NCBI GenBank assembly: GCA_043228905.1
Contig: JBHGNT010000008.1
Coordinates: 11,222,001-11,286,000, forward strand
Reading direction: 5' to 3'
Source of the DNA: Azolla caroliniana
Lineage: Eukaryota > Plantae > Polypodiophyta
Length of the DNA stretch: 64,000 nucleotides
The notes beneath the pieces were generated by a model. That model saw only the letters and a program-made list of their open reading frames with translations, searched no databases and was not told where the DNA came from. Made by a program: the position numbers and the translations under genes. Of this stretch, positions 9,681 to 23,738 are shown in pieces. Each line of letters opens with the position of its first letter. Within the stretch, counting starts at the first letter, position 1.

Positions 9681-12130
9681 TGTAAAGATCGTAACCGACC
9701 ACAACCGGTTTTTCTCATATAGGTATTTGGATGCAAAGAAATGAGCAAGTTAATGCATAGAAAAATATAAAACCGAAAATAGAAAGTACAGAGACACAGG
9801 TACTTTAACATTGAAACCCGGAAGGGAAAAACCACGTGGAGTCCACAAACTCCAAAACGAATCACTATAGATTCAAGGCAATGACCTTGAACTCTTCTTC
9901 GTCGACTAACGACTACAGAGTTACATGCACTCACACGCACACTCTCTCCTCTCTCATTACAGAGGCAACGACCTCGTTAGTAGCTATACAACTATATTCA
10001 ACTACACTAATGATTCACTACTTTACCATACTAATACAACTTTCAGGGCTATTTACAAATATAGCCTCCCGAATTTCCTGTCGACTCTCAATCTAATTTG
10101 GCTCGTAATCTTCCCATACGGAGGGACCTGTTTTCCCAACAAACTCCCCCTTCACTCCGGCATGGGGTACTTCATCAATCTGACCCTTTGTCGGCACACA
10201 TTGAGCTTCTCGGTCGACAACACCTTCGTTAGCATGTCCGACTTGTTCTTCGCTATATGCACCTTCACTGGAGCAAACTCCTTCTCGTCTACCCGCTCCC
10301 AAAGCCAATGGTATCTCCTCTAGATATGTTTGGTCCTCAAGTGGTAGGCGGCATTCTTCGCAAGGTGCATGACACTCTGGTTATCACAATGGAGTTGGAA
10401 TTCCTCTTCCCGAATCCCCAACTCTCCGATGAACTCCTTCATCCATATTATCTCCTTTCCGGCTTCCGTTGTAGCCATATACTCAGGTTCCGTGGTCAAC
10501 AACGCCATGGCCTTTTGCAACCTTGACTGCCACGATACATCTCCCCCTACACAAGTCATCACGTATCTGGACCTGGGTCGGCTGGTATCTGCATCAGCCA
10601 ACATGTTCGAATCAGTATAACCTTCTAATGTGGGGTTACCCGAGCCGAATCGAAGACACACGCTCGAGGTTCCTCGCAGGTACCGAAGTATCCATTTGAT
10701 TGTCGTTCAATGTTCCTTGCCGGGGTTGCTCATGTATCGGTTGACGACTCCATCTGCATATCCAATGTCCGGCCTAGTACATACCATCACATACATTAGG
10801 CTTCTAACTGCTGAGGCATAGAGGACCTTCATCATCTCAACTTTCTCTACTTTTGTCTTTGGAAATTGATCTTTTCTTAGCTTGCAGTTTGTCAGCAGTG
10901 TCGAACTAATCAGTGTTGAATTTTGTATGTTAAACCTTTGGAGCACCTTTGTCACGTATTTCTCCTATGACAACCATAATAGCTTCTTTGTCCGATCTCA
11001 AACAATGTGCATACCCAGAATCTACTTGTTGGACCCACGTCCTTCATTGAGAATGACTTGCTCAGGGCCTTCTTGAAATTTCCGATTGTCTTTGGGCCCT
11101 GTCCGAAAATTAGCATGTAGTCAACATACAACAGGAGGATGAGAAAGTCTCCTCCATCATATTTCTTAGCAAAGACACAATGATCAACTTGTGTCTTGTT
11201 GAAACCGTGATCCACCATGAAGGATTCAAAATTTCGGCACCATTGTCGAGGTGCTTGCTTCAGCCCATATAGGCTCTTTCCAATCGACATACCAAGTTTC
11301 CTTTACCTTTCTCCACGAATCTTTCCGCTTGCTACATATAAATCTCTTCCTCCAAATCTCCATCAAGAACGCAATCTTGACGTCTGGCTGCTCAATTTCA
11401 AGGTTCATGATGTCCGTTATCCTTAGCACTATTCGAATCGAGGTCATCTTCATGACCGGGGCAAATATTGCGTCGAAATCGAGACCCTTCTTTTGTTGGA
11501 AGCCATTCACCACAATTCGGGCTTTATACTTGGGTGGATTCCCGCTTTCTCTCGGCTTCAATTTGCATACCCACTTATTCTGAAGTGCCTGCTTCCCTTT
11601 CGGCAACTCGGTCAATTCGAATGTGTGTTTCTCATGCAAGGAATCCATCTCGTCTTGCATGGCACTCAAACACTCTCGGATGTGGGTATCTCTCTTTGCT
11701 TCCTCAAAGCTCTCTGTCTCCCCCTCATCAGTTAGCCGCACATACTCTTTATCCGGAAAGCTACGGGGGGGCCTCCTCTCTCTTAGGGAATATCTTCTGC
11801 CTTCATTTGACATAGCCGGTTCTTCTTTGACTTCTTCAGCCGACTCGGATTCAGTTCCTCGTTTAGCTGATTCCCCTTGTTCCTCAGTCAATTCTCAATT
11901 TTGCCGAGAATTTAATCGGCCGAATGGTTCGGATTCGACTTCTATTCGATTCGGCCGAACATCTACTCGGCTCAAATCGGTAACTGGAGGTTTATTCACC
12001 ATCTCCCAATCAGAAATTGTCTTTTCTTCCATGAAGACAATGTCTCAACACCTAATCACCTTCTTGTCGATTAGGTCCCAATGCCGATAGCCGAATTCAT
12101 CTTCACCATAGCCAAGAAATATGCATGGCC
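9681..12130 (-). mobile_element. Ty1/copia B1 (Tork/Tnt1-like), 5'-truncated: 3' LTR 9681-10141, PPT, degenerate RNase H, RT and IN C-terminus
   Basis: LTR ...TTCCCAACA then CTCCCCCTT. SWQSRLQK, LYVD and CIFLGYGEDEFGYR fragments; homologous to the element at 23087-28508. Confidence 0.9.
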
Positions 12131-12169
12131 GAAAGAAAAAATAAAAATAATGTGGGAGAGGGGTTTGAA

Positions 12170-12270
12170 TGAGAATAGGAAAAAGTGGGTAAGGGGTAGG
12201 GCTAGAAATAGGAGAAAGTAGGGGAGGGGTAGGGCTGGAAATAGGAGAAAGTTGGGGAGGGGTAGGGCTT
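12170..12270 (+). repeat. G-rich 33-bp tandem repeat (about 3 copies)
   Basis: GGGGTAGGGCTRGAAATAGGAGAAAGTWGGGGA units. Confidence 0.75.
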
Positions 12271-12484
12271 AGAATATAAAGATTTTTACAAGGGGCGAGT
12301 ACATAAGCCGGTGACAAATATAACACCGTGCTATGCGATAGAGTGTAGGGTTGGAGATACAACATGAATAAAAATGAAATACAAAATCCCGGCTACATGT
12401 GTAGTCCCGGACATATGAACTACAAGAGAGATAAAGAGATATAAAAGGGAATGCATGACTACTAAATGTAGTCTCATGCTTACA

Positions 12485-13037
12485 AACAATATATATTATA
12501 TGTACACATACATACATATTACAAACAAACATCCACACACACATATATGTATTATGCATACACATACACATACAAATATACATACATTACATATTTTATA
12601 TTACATATATACACATGTACATTCATATATTCATTCATTCATGTTTATTCATGCAAACATACATATTTTATGCATACATTAAATACATATTTTATGCATA
12701 CATTACATTACGTGCACATACATACATACTAAACATAATATTCAAACATTCATGTTTTTTTAAATTTAGATTTTTGCCGCCTCCTCTGCTCTACCTCCTA
12801 GTCTCTCCTCATTGTTGTTGTTGCCTCTTCTCCCCTTGTTGCTTCTGTCCTCGTTTTGCCGCCGCTCGCCTTGTCATTCTGCTTTTGCTCACCATTATTT
12901 TCTGTCGGGGTTGCCACAACTACTCGACAAATATTTTACAGGTACACATAAGTACAAACATCATACATAAACCAACACATAAATTCTTAGACTTACACAC
13001 ACTCACGTACATACATACATACATAAACACACACACA

Positions 13038-13070
<33 letters not shown>

Positions 13071-13298
13071 CGTATACAATCATACACACATGCCATACAT
13101 ACAATATATACAATAAACGAAATTAATACAATATGTACATACATACACACATACCTATATACAATGACATACATACACATTTACACAACACATACATACA
13201 ATACAATATGTACACACACACATGTGTGTGTGTGTGTGTGTGTCTGTGTGTAGAATATACATACACATATGGACACATATATGTATATGTTGTATGGA

Positions 13299-13333
<35 letters not shown>

Positions 13334-13720
13334 TAACACACATCACACATGCTATACATACAATAAATGCAATTAAATGCAAAACAATACAATATGTACA
13401 TACATATTACACACATACCTATATACACATCCAATACAATCCATAAAATACCTATAGACACACACACAACACACATGCATACCACATACAAACATATACG
13501 ATGTATGGAACATACATACACACACACAAACATAAAACACAACAAACATGCATACCACATACAAACATATATGATGTATGGAACATACATACATACACAC
13601 ACACATGCATACCACATACAAACATATATGATGTATGGAACATACATACACACAAATCACACATGAATACCACATTCACAATGCACACATACACACATAT
13701 ATATGATGTATGGTTATATG
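12485..13720. repeat. CA/TA-rich low-complexity tract with local tandem duplications
   Basis: (CA)n, (CATA)n and repeated ATGATGTATGGAACATACATACAC blocks. Confidence 0.9.
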
Positions 13721-16700
13721 AAAAGTGATAGGTGAGTCATTCTATTTGTAGATAATGGATGAAGAATCTATTATTGAAGTGTTTGAACATGAGAGGGATG
13801 ATAAAGATAAACCTTTGGGCATTGTAAATGTGAGAGGAACTCTTACATATGCAAAGATTTGAGTTGAAATAATTGAGGACGGTATATTTTATGAACCATT
13901 TTCCTTTGTGTACACAAATATTTTGAATGGGAAACAAGAAGAGAAAAAATAATGTTACGGCTTCATATGAGTCTATCCATGAAACTAAACATAAGGTTAA
14001 TTTGTTAGTAATTTCATTATTGATATGCATTTTGGATTATTCCACGTCTGCTCTTTGAGATATATATATCAAGTTCAAGATTGTTTTATTATAAATTACA
14101 TTTTTTTTATCACGCTATATATTCTTCATATATCTCAATAAACTTAGAAAAAAACTTATATGTGGCTTATATATGTTATACCTCTAGTGTTTTGGGTAAT
14201 GTTTCCTAATTGTGTGTGCATTACTTTGTACTTTACACATTGTGTTTTCAATCTATGTGGCACTTGATGAAGCATTTCTAGGAATTGCATATGATGTTTA
14301 ATGTTCATTCATAATTTTGCGAGTCATCAATTGTAAAGGCGGTCATTGATCCCTTCTAGGATTGGAAACTATGTGTGCATGTATATTTTATATGTAAGGG
14401 TATTTAAAGTGGGTGGTTATCAAAAAATATATTGGTAGTAAGGGGTATTTTTATTAATCTTTTTTCTACAAAAGGGTCACTAAAATAGTAAAAACTATAC
14501 GTATAAGGGGTTACTAAATGATGTCATGAACGCACATGATACAACCATCTTATATATAGTGGAGTCCCCGGGTGAAGCACAAGGCAAACTCAATGAAGAA
14601 GACCACTCCCGGATCAGAGGAAGTGTGGTAAGTTGATTACGGAGCATCTAATCACATGACGAGCCATGAAGAGTGGTTCTCATTTTTAGAGAAATCGAAA
14701 CAATTGGGAATTGTCGAAACCGGAGACAACACCCCTCACCCGATTGTGCATGCCAGAGAAGTCCCTTTAAGCCATGTCGGACAAAAGGGAAAGCTGATGA
14801 ACGTACTTCACATTTTGACAATCACAAAGAACCTGGTGTCGTTCGAACAAATCGTCGACCAGGGAATGCAAGTGCGGTTTACGCACCTCGGGTGCCTCAT
14901 CGAGGAGAAGGGCCATATAATCACGCAAGGGCGCAAAGACGGGAGGATGTTCATCCTCAACACCAATGACATAGGCACCGCCTTGTTTGCCAAAGGACAA
15001 AAGACTAAATTGGACATCAATCTCTGGCACATGTGGATCAACCATGTCAACTATCGGAGGCATCAAGACCTGCAATTGAAACATGTTGTTCTCGGATCGC
15101 CGAAATTCAGTGGCCGGAAGGCCCAAATATGTGAAGCCTGCCAACTCGGGAAGCAACACCGGCTTCCATTCCCCACCGAACAAAACCGGAGTTGTAACAA
15201 GCTCGACTTAATCCATTCGAATGTATGGGAACCGACATAAAACGTTAGTCTTGGCGAGAGTCGGTATTTTGTCTCCTTTATCAACGACTACAGCTGTCAC
15301 ACATGGATCTACCTCATTGAGAGGAAAAGTGAAGTCTTTGACTATTTTCGGAATCTACAAAGCCTAGTCGAGAGGGAAACTAAAAGAAAGATCAAGTGCC
15401 TGGGGTCAGATGGCGGAAAAGAATACTTTTCCGACCAATTCAATAGTTATCTGCAGCAAAAAGGAATTCAAAGAGAATTCAGCTGACGATACACACAGGA
15501 ACAAAACTGTGTGGCCGAGAGAAAGAACCGGTCGATTATCAACGCGGCAAGGGCAATGCTAGAGGAGAAAAGCATGCCCAGGTTCTATTGAGCTGAGGCA
15601 GTCCGGACGGTCGTCTACATCCAAAACCGGATCAGAGATAAGGTGTAGCACATGAGCTGTATTTCGGGTGGAAGCTGAATTTGAGACTCCTTCGGATATT
15701 CGGTAGCATAGCATATGTGCATGTACCGAATGAGAATCGGACGAAGTTGGATTCGAAGTTAGAGAAGTGCATACTCATCGGCTACTCACATAAACAAAAG
15801 GGGTATAAGTGTTATAACCCCCAGACTAAACAGGTTAGACTAAGTCGAGATGTCGAGTTTGATGAGTTGGCATCATGGTACTCTATACCGACTCCAACTC
15901 CTGACAAAGGCTCGATTCCAAAGGATGAGGCTAATGAAACTAGAGAGGTTCAGGTAGAAGATGAGGAATTTTGTACTCTAAAAGAGAGTCCAATCTTGTT
16001 TCGGTTGAGCGGGCCAAACTATGGATTGAGTCGGAATGACCAACTATGGATTGAGTCGGAATGACCAGTCAGATGAAGAACCGGCATGTACTTGAAACTT
16101 TTTCGTGCTCTCCCTGCGCAAGGAACTGAGGAGACGGTTCACGCGCAAAGAGAAGGGGAAGAAGAAGATGTCGGGATACGACACCGGCAGTGAAGGGTCA
16201 GATGGGAGCAAATCTGATTCTGGATAGGATGAAGGTGGAACTTCAGAAATGAAGTCCGAACCGGCTGCCGAAAAATTGCGCCGGTCAACCCGCCAAAAGA
16301 TCCCCGTAAAACGGTACGAATACAATGAGTACATGGTGCATCACTATATGTATATGACCAAGGTGGTGGAATTGCATGAGCCAGAGAGCTACGTAGAAGT
16401 AGCGAAAGACGCAAATTGGCGTGCTGCTATGGAGGAAGAAATGCGGGCACTCGATGCCAATGACACATGGGACCTAGTTGACCCTCCCCGTCATTATAAA
16501 CCGATCGGTTGTAAGTGGGTATATAAGGTAAAGTACAATGCCGACGATTTAGTCAACCGGTACAAGGCCCGATTAGTGGCGAAGGGATCGTATAGACCCA
16601 CGGAATGGACTATGACGAGACCTTCGCTCTAGTAGCGAAGATGACGACGGTTCGTGTGGTACTGGCTGTTCCTGCGGCAAGAGGATGGCATCTTCACTAA

Positions 16701-19563
16701 ATGGACGTGAAGAATGCATTTCTTCAAGGTGACCTTGAAGAACGGGTCTATATGATCCAAGCCCTCGGTTTTCAATTGGAGTTGAATAGGTTAGCGATGT
16801 GCCGACTCAAAAAGTCACTTTATGGTCTGAAGCAAGCCTCCCGAGCTTGGAATGTGAAAATCACGCACCGGTTGCGTAAGATGGAGTTTGTGGCCTCAAA
16901 GTCCAACTCTTCACTGTTCATCCGGAAAGGTCCGGACGGTCCGGTTTGTATCCTACTATATGTAGATGATCTAGTCATCACCGGACCCGGACTCGATGAA
17001 ATCGGCCGTGAAGTCCCAATTGTCGGACGCATTTGAAATGAAGAACTTGGGGGACCTTCATTATTTTATTGGGATCGAGGTGATTCGGACCCCCAACAAC
17101 ATATTTCTCTCACAACGCCATTATGTGTTGAATATGATGTACAAGTTCGGCATCGATCTCCACACCCCTGGATCGGAACCTGAACCTATGTCCCGACTCC
17201 GGACCGGCCTGCAATGAGAAACGGTTTTGACAAATTGTCGGAAGCCTTATCTACTTGACAATCACCCGACCCGACATCATTTATCCGGTCGGAGTGATCA
17301 GCCAGTTTATGCAGAAGCCGATCGTGGAGCACCTTCAGTGCACACATAGACTATTGCGATATGTGAGTGGCACGAAGGACCGGGGACTGTTATACCAACA
17401 GAGTATAGCTATGAAGTTAGTCGATTATACGGATGCCGACTGGGCTGATGATGCATCGGATCGCCGATCCACCTCCGGTTATATGTTCTCTCTTGGTAGC
17501 ATGGTTGTTGCGTGGAGCAACAAAAAGCAGCCAACAGTGGCTCTCTCGAGCACTGATGCTGAATACCGGGGCACTACCATTGCCACTTGTGAAGCCATCT
17601 AGCGTCGGCGACTGTTGCGAGACCTCCGGATCGAGGTGCCGACCCTGATCCTTGATCTACTATGACAACGTAAGCAGCGTAGAACTCGCCAAGTACCCTC
17701 TATTCCATGCTCGGACAAAGCATATAGAAGTGCATTATCACTTTGTCCGTGAGCGGGTCCTGAGAGGTGAAGTTGAACTTCGGTATGTTCACACAGATTG
17801 GTAGGTTGCCGACATCTTCACCAAGCTGCTTGGATTGGACAAGTTGCAACACTTTTCAGAGATGCCCGACATTCAACATCTTGACGTGGCGCACTTGAGG
17901 GGGAGAACGGGAACCAAAATGGGTAATGGCACCGGACAAGGAGCCGGAGAGAAAGAGGAACGAAACAAGACAGGGGCTGAGATAAGAAGAAAAAGTAAGA
18001 TGAGTCGATTGGAAAAGTCGACACATCCGAACAAGTCGGAGCAAGCGGCATCGGCGACAGACTCATGAAGGATAGAGCTCATCGGAAGATGGCCAAGAAC
18101 CAGACATGGTCCGATGTGGTGAAGGGCCTTGTAAAAGATTATGTGCGAAAGCAATAGAAAACCGAACACAGAAAATACGCAGGTTTAATGGAGAGCTTGA
18201 ATATGCACAGTACGCGGGAGAGACAGAGAGAGAGAGAACACACAGAAACTCAATTCAAAATAATACTCAATCTGTACATACACCGTGCTTAGTGAGCACC
18301 TTTTATACAAGCCCTGAGAATAGGGCTGACACAAATACTGTCAGTACTTGACCGCTCATAAATGAGCCTACTACACAAACTCCCAAAATTATTCCCTTAC
18401 GAGGAATAACGCTCTAACGGCCGAGTCTTCGGTTTACGCACCGATATGGCCCTGTTATGCATACTGATTTACGCACCCAGTCTACACACTGGGCTACGCA
18501 TCGTATTACGCACGAATGTTGAGCTTGTCACTCAACACTCCCCCTCAAGCTCAACTTGAGGTTCCACCTGCTCCGCCAGATCTATGCTCTGGTTCCTTCT
18601 AGCTTCACGCCTCGTTCGCGCTCCTCGACCTGTTTGATTCTGCGCGCCTCAACCCTTTCGGTCGGCTTGTCCGCTTACATGGCCCTTCTCAGCTTCCTTG
18701 TTGTTCCGGTGTTGGCGCCTCTTCTGCTGCCTTCTCTTCCGCTTGGCCCTTGGTTGATTCAGCGTATCCAAATCAAACGTCCGAACCGACTCAGCTTCCT
18801 CCGATCGGTTTTCGCTCTCGTCCGAGTTCGTTGTCTCCAACTGGTCTTCGGTCTTCTCGCCATTGATGGCTTCGTCTCCCCCATGCTTGGTTGGCTTCGG
18901 CTCTTTCTTTCGACTGCTCCCCTTATGTCCGCTTTCGGAGTCTTCCGCGGATCCGCCCTCGGCTTCTTTAGCCAATACGACATCGAATTCGTCATCCGAC
19001 TCGGTGTGATGGTCTTTTCCGCTCCTTTCCTGCTCCCTTCCGTGGTCATCTGGGACGTCTCTCCCCCTCAAGTTCAGCACGTCGAGGTGACGCAACCCAA
19101 GTGCACCCGAGAATTGCCGCAACTTGTCCAGACCAAGAGGCTTGGTGAAGATGTTGACGTTCTGTCGATCCGTCGAAACATACTGAAGTTCGACTTCACT
19201 GGAGGACACGCTCACAGACGAAATGGTAGTGCACCTGAATGTGCTTAGTCCAGGCGTGGAAGACGAGGTTCTTAGCTAGTTGGATGTTGCTGAGGTTATT
19301 GCAGTAGATTGTCGTTGGATCGGATACCTCCACTTGCAGATCCTTAAGTAGCCGCTTCAACCATATGGCTTCGCATGTGGCGATAGCCGCTCCTCTATAC
19401 TCAGCTTCGGTGCTTGACATCGCAACTGTCGGATGCTTCTTGCTACTCCACGCGATCACGGCACTCCCAAGAGAGAACATGAAACTGGATGTGGATCAGC
19501 GATCGCCGGCGCTTCCGGCCCAATCAGCATCGGTGTAACCGACCAACTACTCGGCAGTATCGG

Positions 19564-20369
19564 TGTCGTAGTGTAGGTTGCACACTATGTGGAAATTATA
19601 TTTTTGTCCCTCCAGATAGAGAATGGAGTGCTCGGTGAGAACCGGAAGAAAACGGCATACCGGCAAGGAGGAAAACGGCATACCGGCAAGGAAGAAAACG
19701 GCATACCGGCAAGGAAGAGCCGGATAAAGAGACATAAATGTAAAAGAAAAAGGAAATACTCACTACTGCGCAAGGCGTGATTCGAACTCTGCACCTCCAC
19801 GTTGACAAACCCCAACCTTACCATTACATTAACTTATCTTAAGTGTTTTAAATATAGATTTAATACGTATAAGACCTTTATTTATGCATACCTTTATTAA
19901 AAGGTAAATCGTGTATTTTTTTTTATATATGAAAAAGACGAGACACTAAAAATAACTCATGCACATCTAGCGTGCATGAGCCCTATACTTAGGAAATAAA
20001 AAAGCATCACATGCACATTTAGTGGACATGAACACTTTTTGTAAAAAAAAAAAAAACATGAAGCCATGCTTAGCTCTTCCTTCCTTATATAAGGAGGAGA
20101 GAAATATGTAAAGGGTTGTTGATTATTTGGATTAAGTATTAATCAATACAAAAATTATTCGTGGGATTCACGATTTATACGTCTACTTCTCTCTTAACAC
20201 CCTAAGTACCAATTAATATAGTATACTCGTGTGATTCACGAGTTTCTTATCTTTCTCTTTGCTATTTACTCATAATTAATCTCTATCTCACGAACTTCTT
20301 TCTCCTAGTCCAAGACCTCTGTGGTTCCCACCCGACTCACGCAACGATCCGAAGCCGAAAGGCACGACA
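19564..20369 (+). mobile_element. Gypsy (Phygy-like) solo LTR, 806 bp, 4-bp TSD TCGG
   Basis: Termini TGTCGT...ACGACA with TCGG on both sides. Removing it restores the A3 frame YRTDTAE. 3' end resembles the G2 LTR end. Internal 23-bp repeat x3 at 19648-19716. Confidence 0.85.
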
Positions 20370-23086
20370 TCGGTTCGATATAGTAGCCCCTGCTCCTTAG
20401 TGCCACTGACATACCGGAGTACGCGTTGTGTGCACTGAAGGTGCTCCTCGGACGGTCGGGCCATGAACTAACTAATCACCCCGATCGGGTAGCTGAGATC
20501 TGGTCGGGTGATGGTCAAGTATATAAAGCTTCCAACTATCTAACGGAACCTCGTCGGGTCGCATACCTTTCCGGAATAGGGGCGAAGCTTGACGGTTCTA
20601 TCCAGAGGAGTTGAGACGGACTTACAGTCGTCCATCCTGAATTTGAAGAGCGTATTCAGCACATAATGCCGTTGGCTGATTAGTATGCCCGCGGGGGTGC
20701 GGATCACTTCGATCCCGAGGAAGTAATGAAGGTCCCCAGATCCTTCATGTCAAATGATGCCACAAGCTGGAGCTTTACGTGGTCCATCTTACCTAGGTTG
20801 GCGCCGGTGATGACCAAGTCATCAACATAAAGTAAAATGCTAACCCGCCCGAGTCGACCTTTCCGGATGAATAGTGAGGAGTCCGATTTTGATGTCTCAA
20901 AGCCAACTGACACAATCTTCGCGTTCCAGGCACGCAGGGCTTGCTTTAGTCCATAAAGGAACTTCTTCAATCGGCACACCGCCGAAGTGTTTGTTCCGGA
21001 GTGAAATCCGGGGGGTTGTACCATGTAGGAATGCGTTCTTTACATCCATCTGATGTAAGTGTCACCCCTTTGTTGCAGCTACCGCGAGCAAAACATGGAC
21101 GGTCTTCATCTTCGCGACCGGCGCAAACGTCTGATTGTAGTCGATGCCGTGTTTCTGCATATAGCCTTTCGCTACTAACCGGGCCTTGTATCGGTTGACT
21201 GAGTCGTCAGTGTTGTACTTGACCTTGTGCACCCACCTACATCCGATCGGCTTCACACCTTTTGGTGCGTCAACCAAGTCCCAGGATTCATTCTCTGCCA
21301 ATGCGCGCATCTCTTCCTCCATTGCGGCACACCAATTCACGTCCTTCGCCACTTCTACGTAGCTTTCTGGCTCACGCACTTCCGCTACACGTGTCATGGA
21401 TGCATAGTGATGCACCATGTACTCATTGTAACGGAACTGCACAATAGGGTTCTTCTGGCGGGTAGATCGGCTTAATTGCTCATTAGCCGCAGTTGAGGCT
21501 TTCTTGGCCGACGCAGGCTTCGCTCTCGAAGACCTACATCACTTCCCTCAGAGTCGGACTCGCATCGATCTGACTCGTTCCTATCCGCGTTGTAATCTGA
21601 CACCTTCTTCTTCCCTTTTTCCTTGCACGTAAGCCGTCTCCTCGGCTTCCTGCACGGGGAATGCACGACTGAGTCTCCACTACTCCCCGACTCTTCATCA
21701 GACTGGTCGAACCGACTCATCGTCCATTTGGTCCGCTTAACCGAAACGAAATCAGACTCTCTTCGCAGGTCCCAATTTTAGGTTCATCCGAAGGCATCTC
21801 TACCTCGCTGACCTCATCGTTGAAACTCGGATTGGAGGTGAGGTCCAGAGTCAGAGGCAAGTACCAGGATGTGGACTCGTCAAACACAATGTCACGGCTC
21901 ATGCGCGCTTGTTTGGTGCGAGGGTTATAACACTTATAACCCTTCTGCTCATTCGAATAGCTGACCAAGATATACTTCTCAGCTTTCGCGTCCAACTTCC
22001 TCCGTTTCTCCTTCGGCACATGCACATACGCAATGCTACCGAAAACTCTCAAGTGTCGTAGATTCGGCTTCCTTTCGAAATATAGCTCATGTGCTTACAC
22101 TTTTTCTCCGATCCGATTCTGAATGTACACTGCGGTTCATACCGCCTCACCCAATAGAACTTGGGCAAGCTTTTCTCCTCTAGCATTGCCCGTGCCACTT
22201 CTACAATGGACCGGTTCTTCCTCTCGGCCACACCGTTTTGCTCTGGCATGTATCTACAATTGAATTCGCGCCGATTTCCCATCTGTTACAGATAGCCGTT
22301 GAATTGACCAGAAAAGTATTCTTTTCCGCCATCTGACCGCAAGCACTTGATCTTTCGTCCTATGTCCGTTTCCACAAACCCTTTGAGGTCCCGGAAACAG
22401 TCGAAGACTTCACTCTTCTTCTCGATGAGGTAGATCCACGTGTGTCGTGTATAGTCGTCGATGAAGGAGACAAAATATCGACTCCTTCCAAGACTAACGT
22501 TTTGTGCCGGCCCCCATACATCGGAATGTATCAAGTCGAGCTTATTCCGGCTCCAGTTACGCTCGTTAGGGAAAGGAAGTCGGTGTTGCTTACCTAGCTA
22601 GCAGGCTCCACAAATATGTGCCTTCCGACCACTAAATTTGGGCCATCCAAATACCACCTGTTTCAATTGCAGGTCCTGAAGCCGTTGATAGTTGACGTGG
22701 CCTATCCGCTTGTGCCACAACTCCACATTTGACTTGACTTTTTGTCCTTTCACGAACATTGCGGTGCCACTATCACTAGAGTCGAGGATAAACATCCTCC
22801 TGTCTCTGCGCCCTTGTGTAATAACTCGGCCTTCTTCCTCGATGAAGCACCCAAGATGCGTGAACTGGACTTACATCCCCTGGTCGATGATCTGCATGAC
22901 TGACACCAAATTCTTCGTGATTTTCAGGATGTGTAACACTTTCATAAGTTTCCCTTTTTGCCCGACATGGTTCAAGGGAACTTCACTGGTATTTGCGATC
23001 GGATGCGGAGTGTCTTCTCCGGTTGCGACTACTCTCGGTTGCATCGGTTTTTCTAGGTATGAGAACCACTCCTTGTAGCACGTCAT

Positions 23087-23347
23087 TGTTGCACACAGTG
23101 CTCGGCCACAACCGAGGAATAGAATCAACTCACAGAAAACAGGAAATACAAAGTGCACGAAGACAATAGAGAGGAGAGTACACAGGGTGTTTTACGTGGA
23201 AAACCCTAAATGGGAAAAACCACGGGAGTCCTCAAACTCCAACTATCACTCTACACAGAGATGTACAATGGTGAAGCTACAAGGCAACAACCTTGAGCTC
23301 ACTGTCTTCGCCACAGGCGGCGGTAATACACAGAGGCAACGACCTCC

Positions 23348-23378
<31 letters not shown>

Positions 23379-23728
23379 CGGCTGCTATCTTCACTCCCTC
23401 TAAGTGGCAAACAGAAAAATAGGCAACAACAACAAACTGTTTTCCCTAAGTCATATTTATACACATATGACTTTCGGGCTATTTACAAATATAGCCTCAA
23501 GGGCCCTTGGCAAACATATTCACAAATATGTCCCCGCATCCGGATCTCTCTCCGGGTACATTCGTCATCCGGCTCCGTAACCGGGGTCTTCATCATCCGG
23601 CTCCGTAGCCGGGTACTCTTCATCCGGCTTCATGCCGGGTACTCTTCATCCTCCGGTTCCGTAACCGCAACCGGGCTTGCCGTCATTCATCTCCGGACAT
23701 CCCATCCGGAGGGACCGAAATCCCAACA
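23087..23728 (-). repeat. B0 3' LTR (642 bp)
   Basis: Direct repeat of 27843-28508 with TG...CA ends. Confidence 0.96.
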
Positions 23729-23738
23729 AACTCCCCCT

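Noticed and set aside
12269-13728. Numerous H/T/Y/C/V-rich ORFs
   Set aside because: Translations of CA/TA microsatellite with no domain content.
14545-14565. Helitron 5' end (TCCACTATATATAAG on minus)
   Set aside because: Resembles plant Helitron starts but lacks the A|TC junction, and I found no 3' hairpin-CTRR end or Rep/helicase; unsupported.
18556-19248. 230-aa hydrophobic ORF as an env-like gene
   Set aside because: It is the antisense of the purine-rich pol tail, which explains the hydrophobicity, and it is not conserved as an ORF in A1/A2.
23080-23090. Insertion hotspot in copia protease regions (B0 in A3, A1 in C1)
   Set aside because: Only two events, at different positions and by different families; compatible with chance.
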